From assembly GCA_030141605.1 (NCBI GenBank), contig JAQGDQ010000199.1, positions 341,104-405,103 on the forward strand: 64,000 nucleotides of DNA, read 5' to 3'. The DNA is from Tubiluchus corallicola (taxonomy: Eukaryota > Animalia > Priapulida). The position numbers and the translations under genes are program-made. Each line of letters starts with the position of its first letter. Position 1 is the first letter of the stretch. Below are positions 63,303 to 64,000 of the stretch, in pieces. The notes under the pieces were generated by a model that saw only the letters and a program-made list of their open reading frames with translations, searched no databases and was not told the DNA's origin.

Positions 63303-63887
63303 AGTGTCAGTGTCAGTGTCAGTGTCAGTGTCAGTGTTAGTGTTAGGGTTAGTGTCAGTGTCAGTGTCAGTGTCAATGTCAGTGTCAGTGTCAGTGTCAA
63401 TGTCAATGTCAGTGCCCGTGCCAGTGCCAGTGCCAGTGCCAGTGTCAGTGTCAGTGTCAGTGTCAGTGTCAGTGTCAGTGTTAGTGTTGTTGTTAGTGTT
63501 AGAGTTAGTGTTAGTGTTAGTATTAGACTATCGACGTCTGCCCGTATGTCAAAATACATGCTATCATTAAACTTTAGGCTAGTAATACGGTCTTCAAATA
63601 CAAAATTTGGAAAGTATGACGTATGTCGTCTTCTGAACATAGAAATAAGTCACATCCATAGTCAAATGACACACAACCGTTACTGAAAGTTCCAACATGC
63701 ACCGCACATTAATGAAACAAATGATATTTTACTTACGTCTATTGACGATAATAAGTAGGAATGCCAAAGCACCAAAAAATGTCAATGCCAAACGCGAGTA
63801 GTTGCTGAAGAAAAGCTTCCTTTTTCCCACTTCTTTTACCGTGCTCTTCACTGACATATGCATATGCAAAGGATATCTTTCTCGCAT
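61187..63887 (-). CDS. Carbohydrate sulfotransferase (Sulfotransfer_2, CHST11-like), paralog 2; exons 63887-63737, 62333-62278, 62134-61187; ~384 aa
   Basis: [42 protein letters not shown] exon ..[24 protein letters not shown]|gtaagt; stem exon ttcag|[20 protein letters not shown]|gtaaga; acceptor ttttttcag|AAA. Total 1155 nt, in frame. Confidence 0.85.
62278..62333 (-). CDS. Sulfotransferase paralog 2, stem exon
   Basis: Canonical AG and GTAAGA; phase 1 in, phase 0 out. Confidence 0.7.
62550..62873. repeat. (CA)n/(CACG)n compound microsatellite
   Basis: Direct reading. Confidence 0.95.
63128..63525. repeat. (TGTCAG)n hexanucleotide microsatellite with variant blocks
   Basis: Direct reading. 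Confidence 0.95.
63737..63887 (-). CDS. Sulfotransferase paralog 2, TM exon (start could be a downstream Met)
   Basis: [50 protein letters not shown]. Confidence 0.75.
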
Positions 63888-64000
63888 GATTAAAAGTAGT
63901 ACACTTATCTTTATCCAGACCTTGTGACAGTTTTATAGGTTTAACAGTTTTGACAACTCACCATTCGGATATTTTTACTAGGAAGGTGCGACGCTTTACC

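Overview
AT-rich, intron- and microsatellite-rich animal genomic DNA, probably an invertebrate (inference); not prokaryotic, with no CRISPR array or rRNA. I assembled four protein-coding genes by hand from GT-AG splice sites and reading-frame phase. (1) A 2-exon LicD/fukutin-family phosphotransferase (minus, 2527-5773). (2) A 23-exon receptor guanylyl cyclase of the natriuretic-peptide-receptor type (plus, 10650 to ~41603): exons 1-22 splice into an unbroken 1036-codon frame, but the last exon looks damaged. (3, 4) Two tandem 3-exon carbohydrate sulfotransferases of the CHST8-14/HNK-1ST type (minus, 46091-54448 and 61187-63887). Intron 1 of the first sulfotransferase holds a full-length LINE with one premature stop, flanked by (CT)n, and a frameshifted GT-A glycosyltransferase fragment. 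The 3-10 kb region is a patchwork of duplicated pieces of the LicD and cyclase genes, including inverted copies. The rest is LINE remnants, TTAA- and TA-flanked MITEs, an RTE-like short retroposon, a hAT remnant, and mini/microsatellites. I found no clearly new biological system. The best leads are the altered cyclase C-terminus, the duplication relics, the clustered glycan-modifying genes and the microsatellite-embedded LINE.
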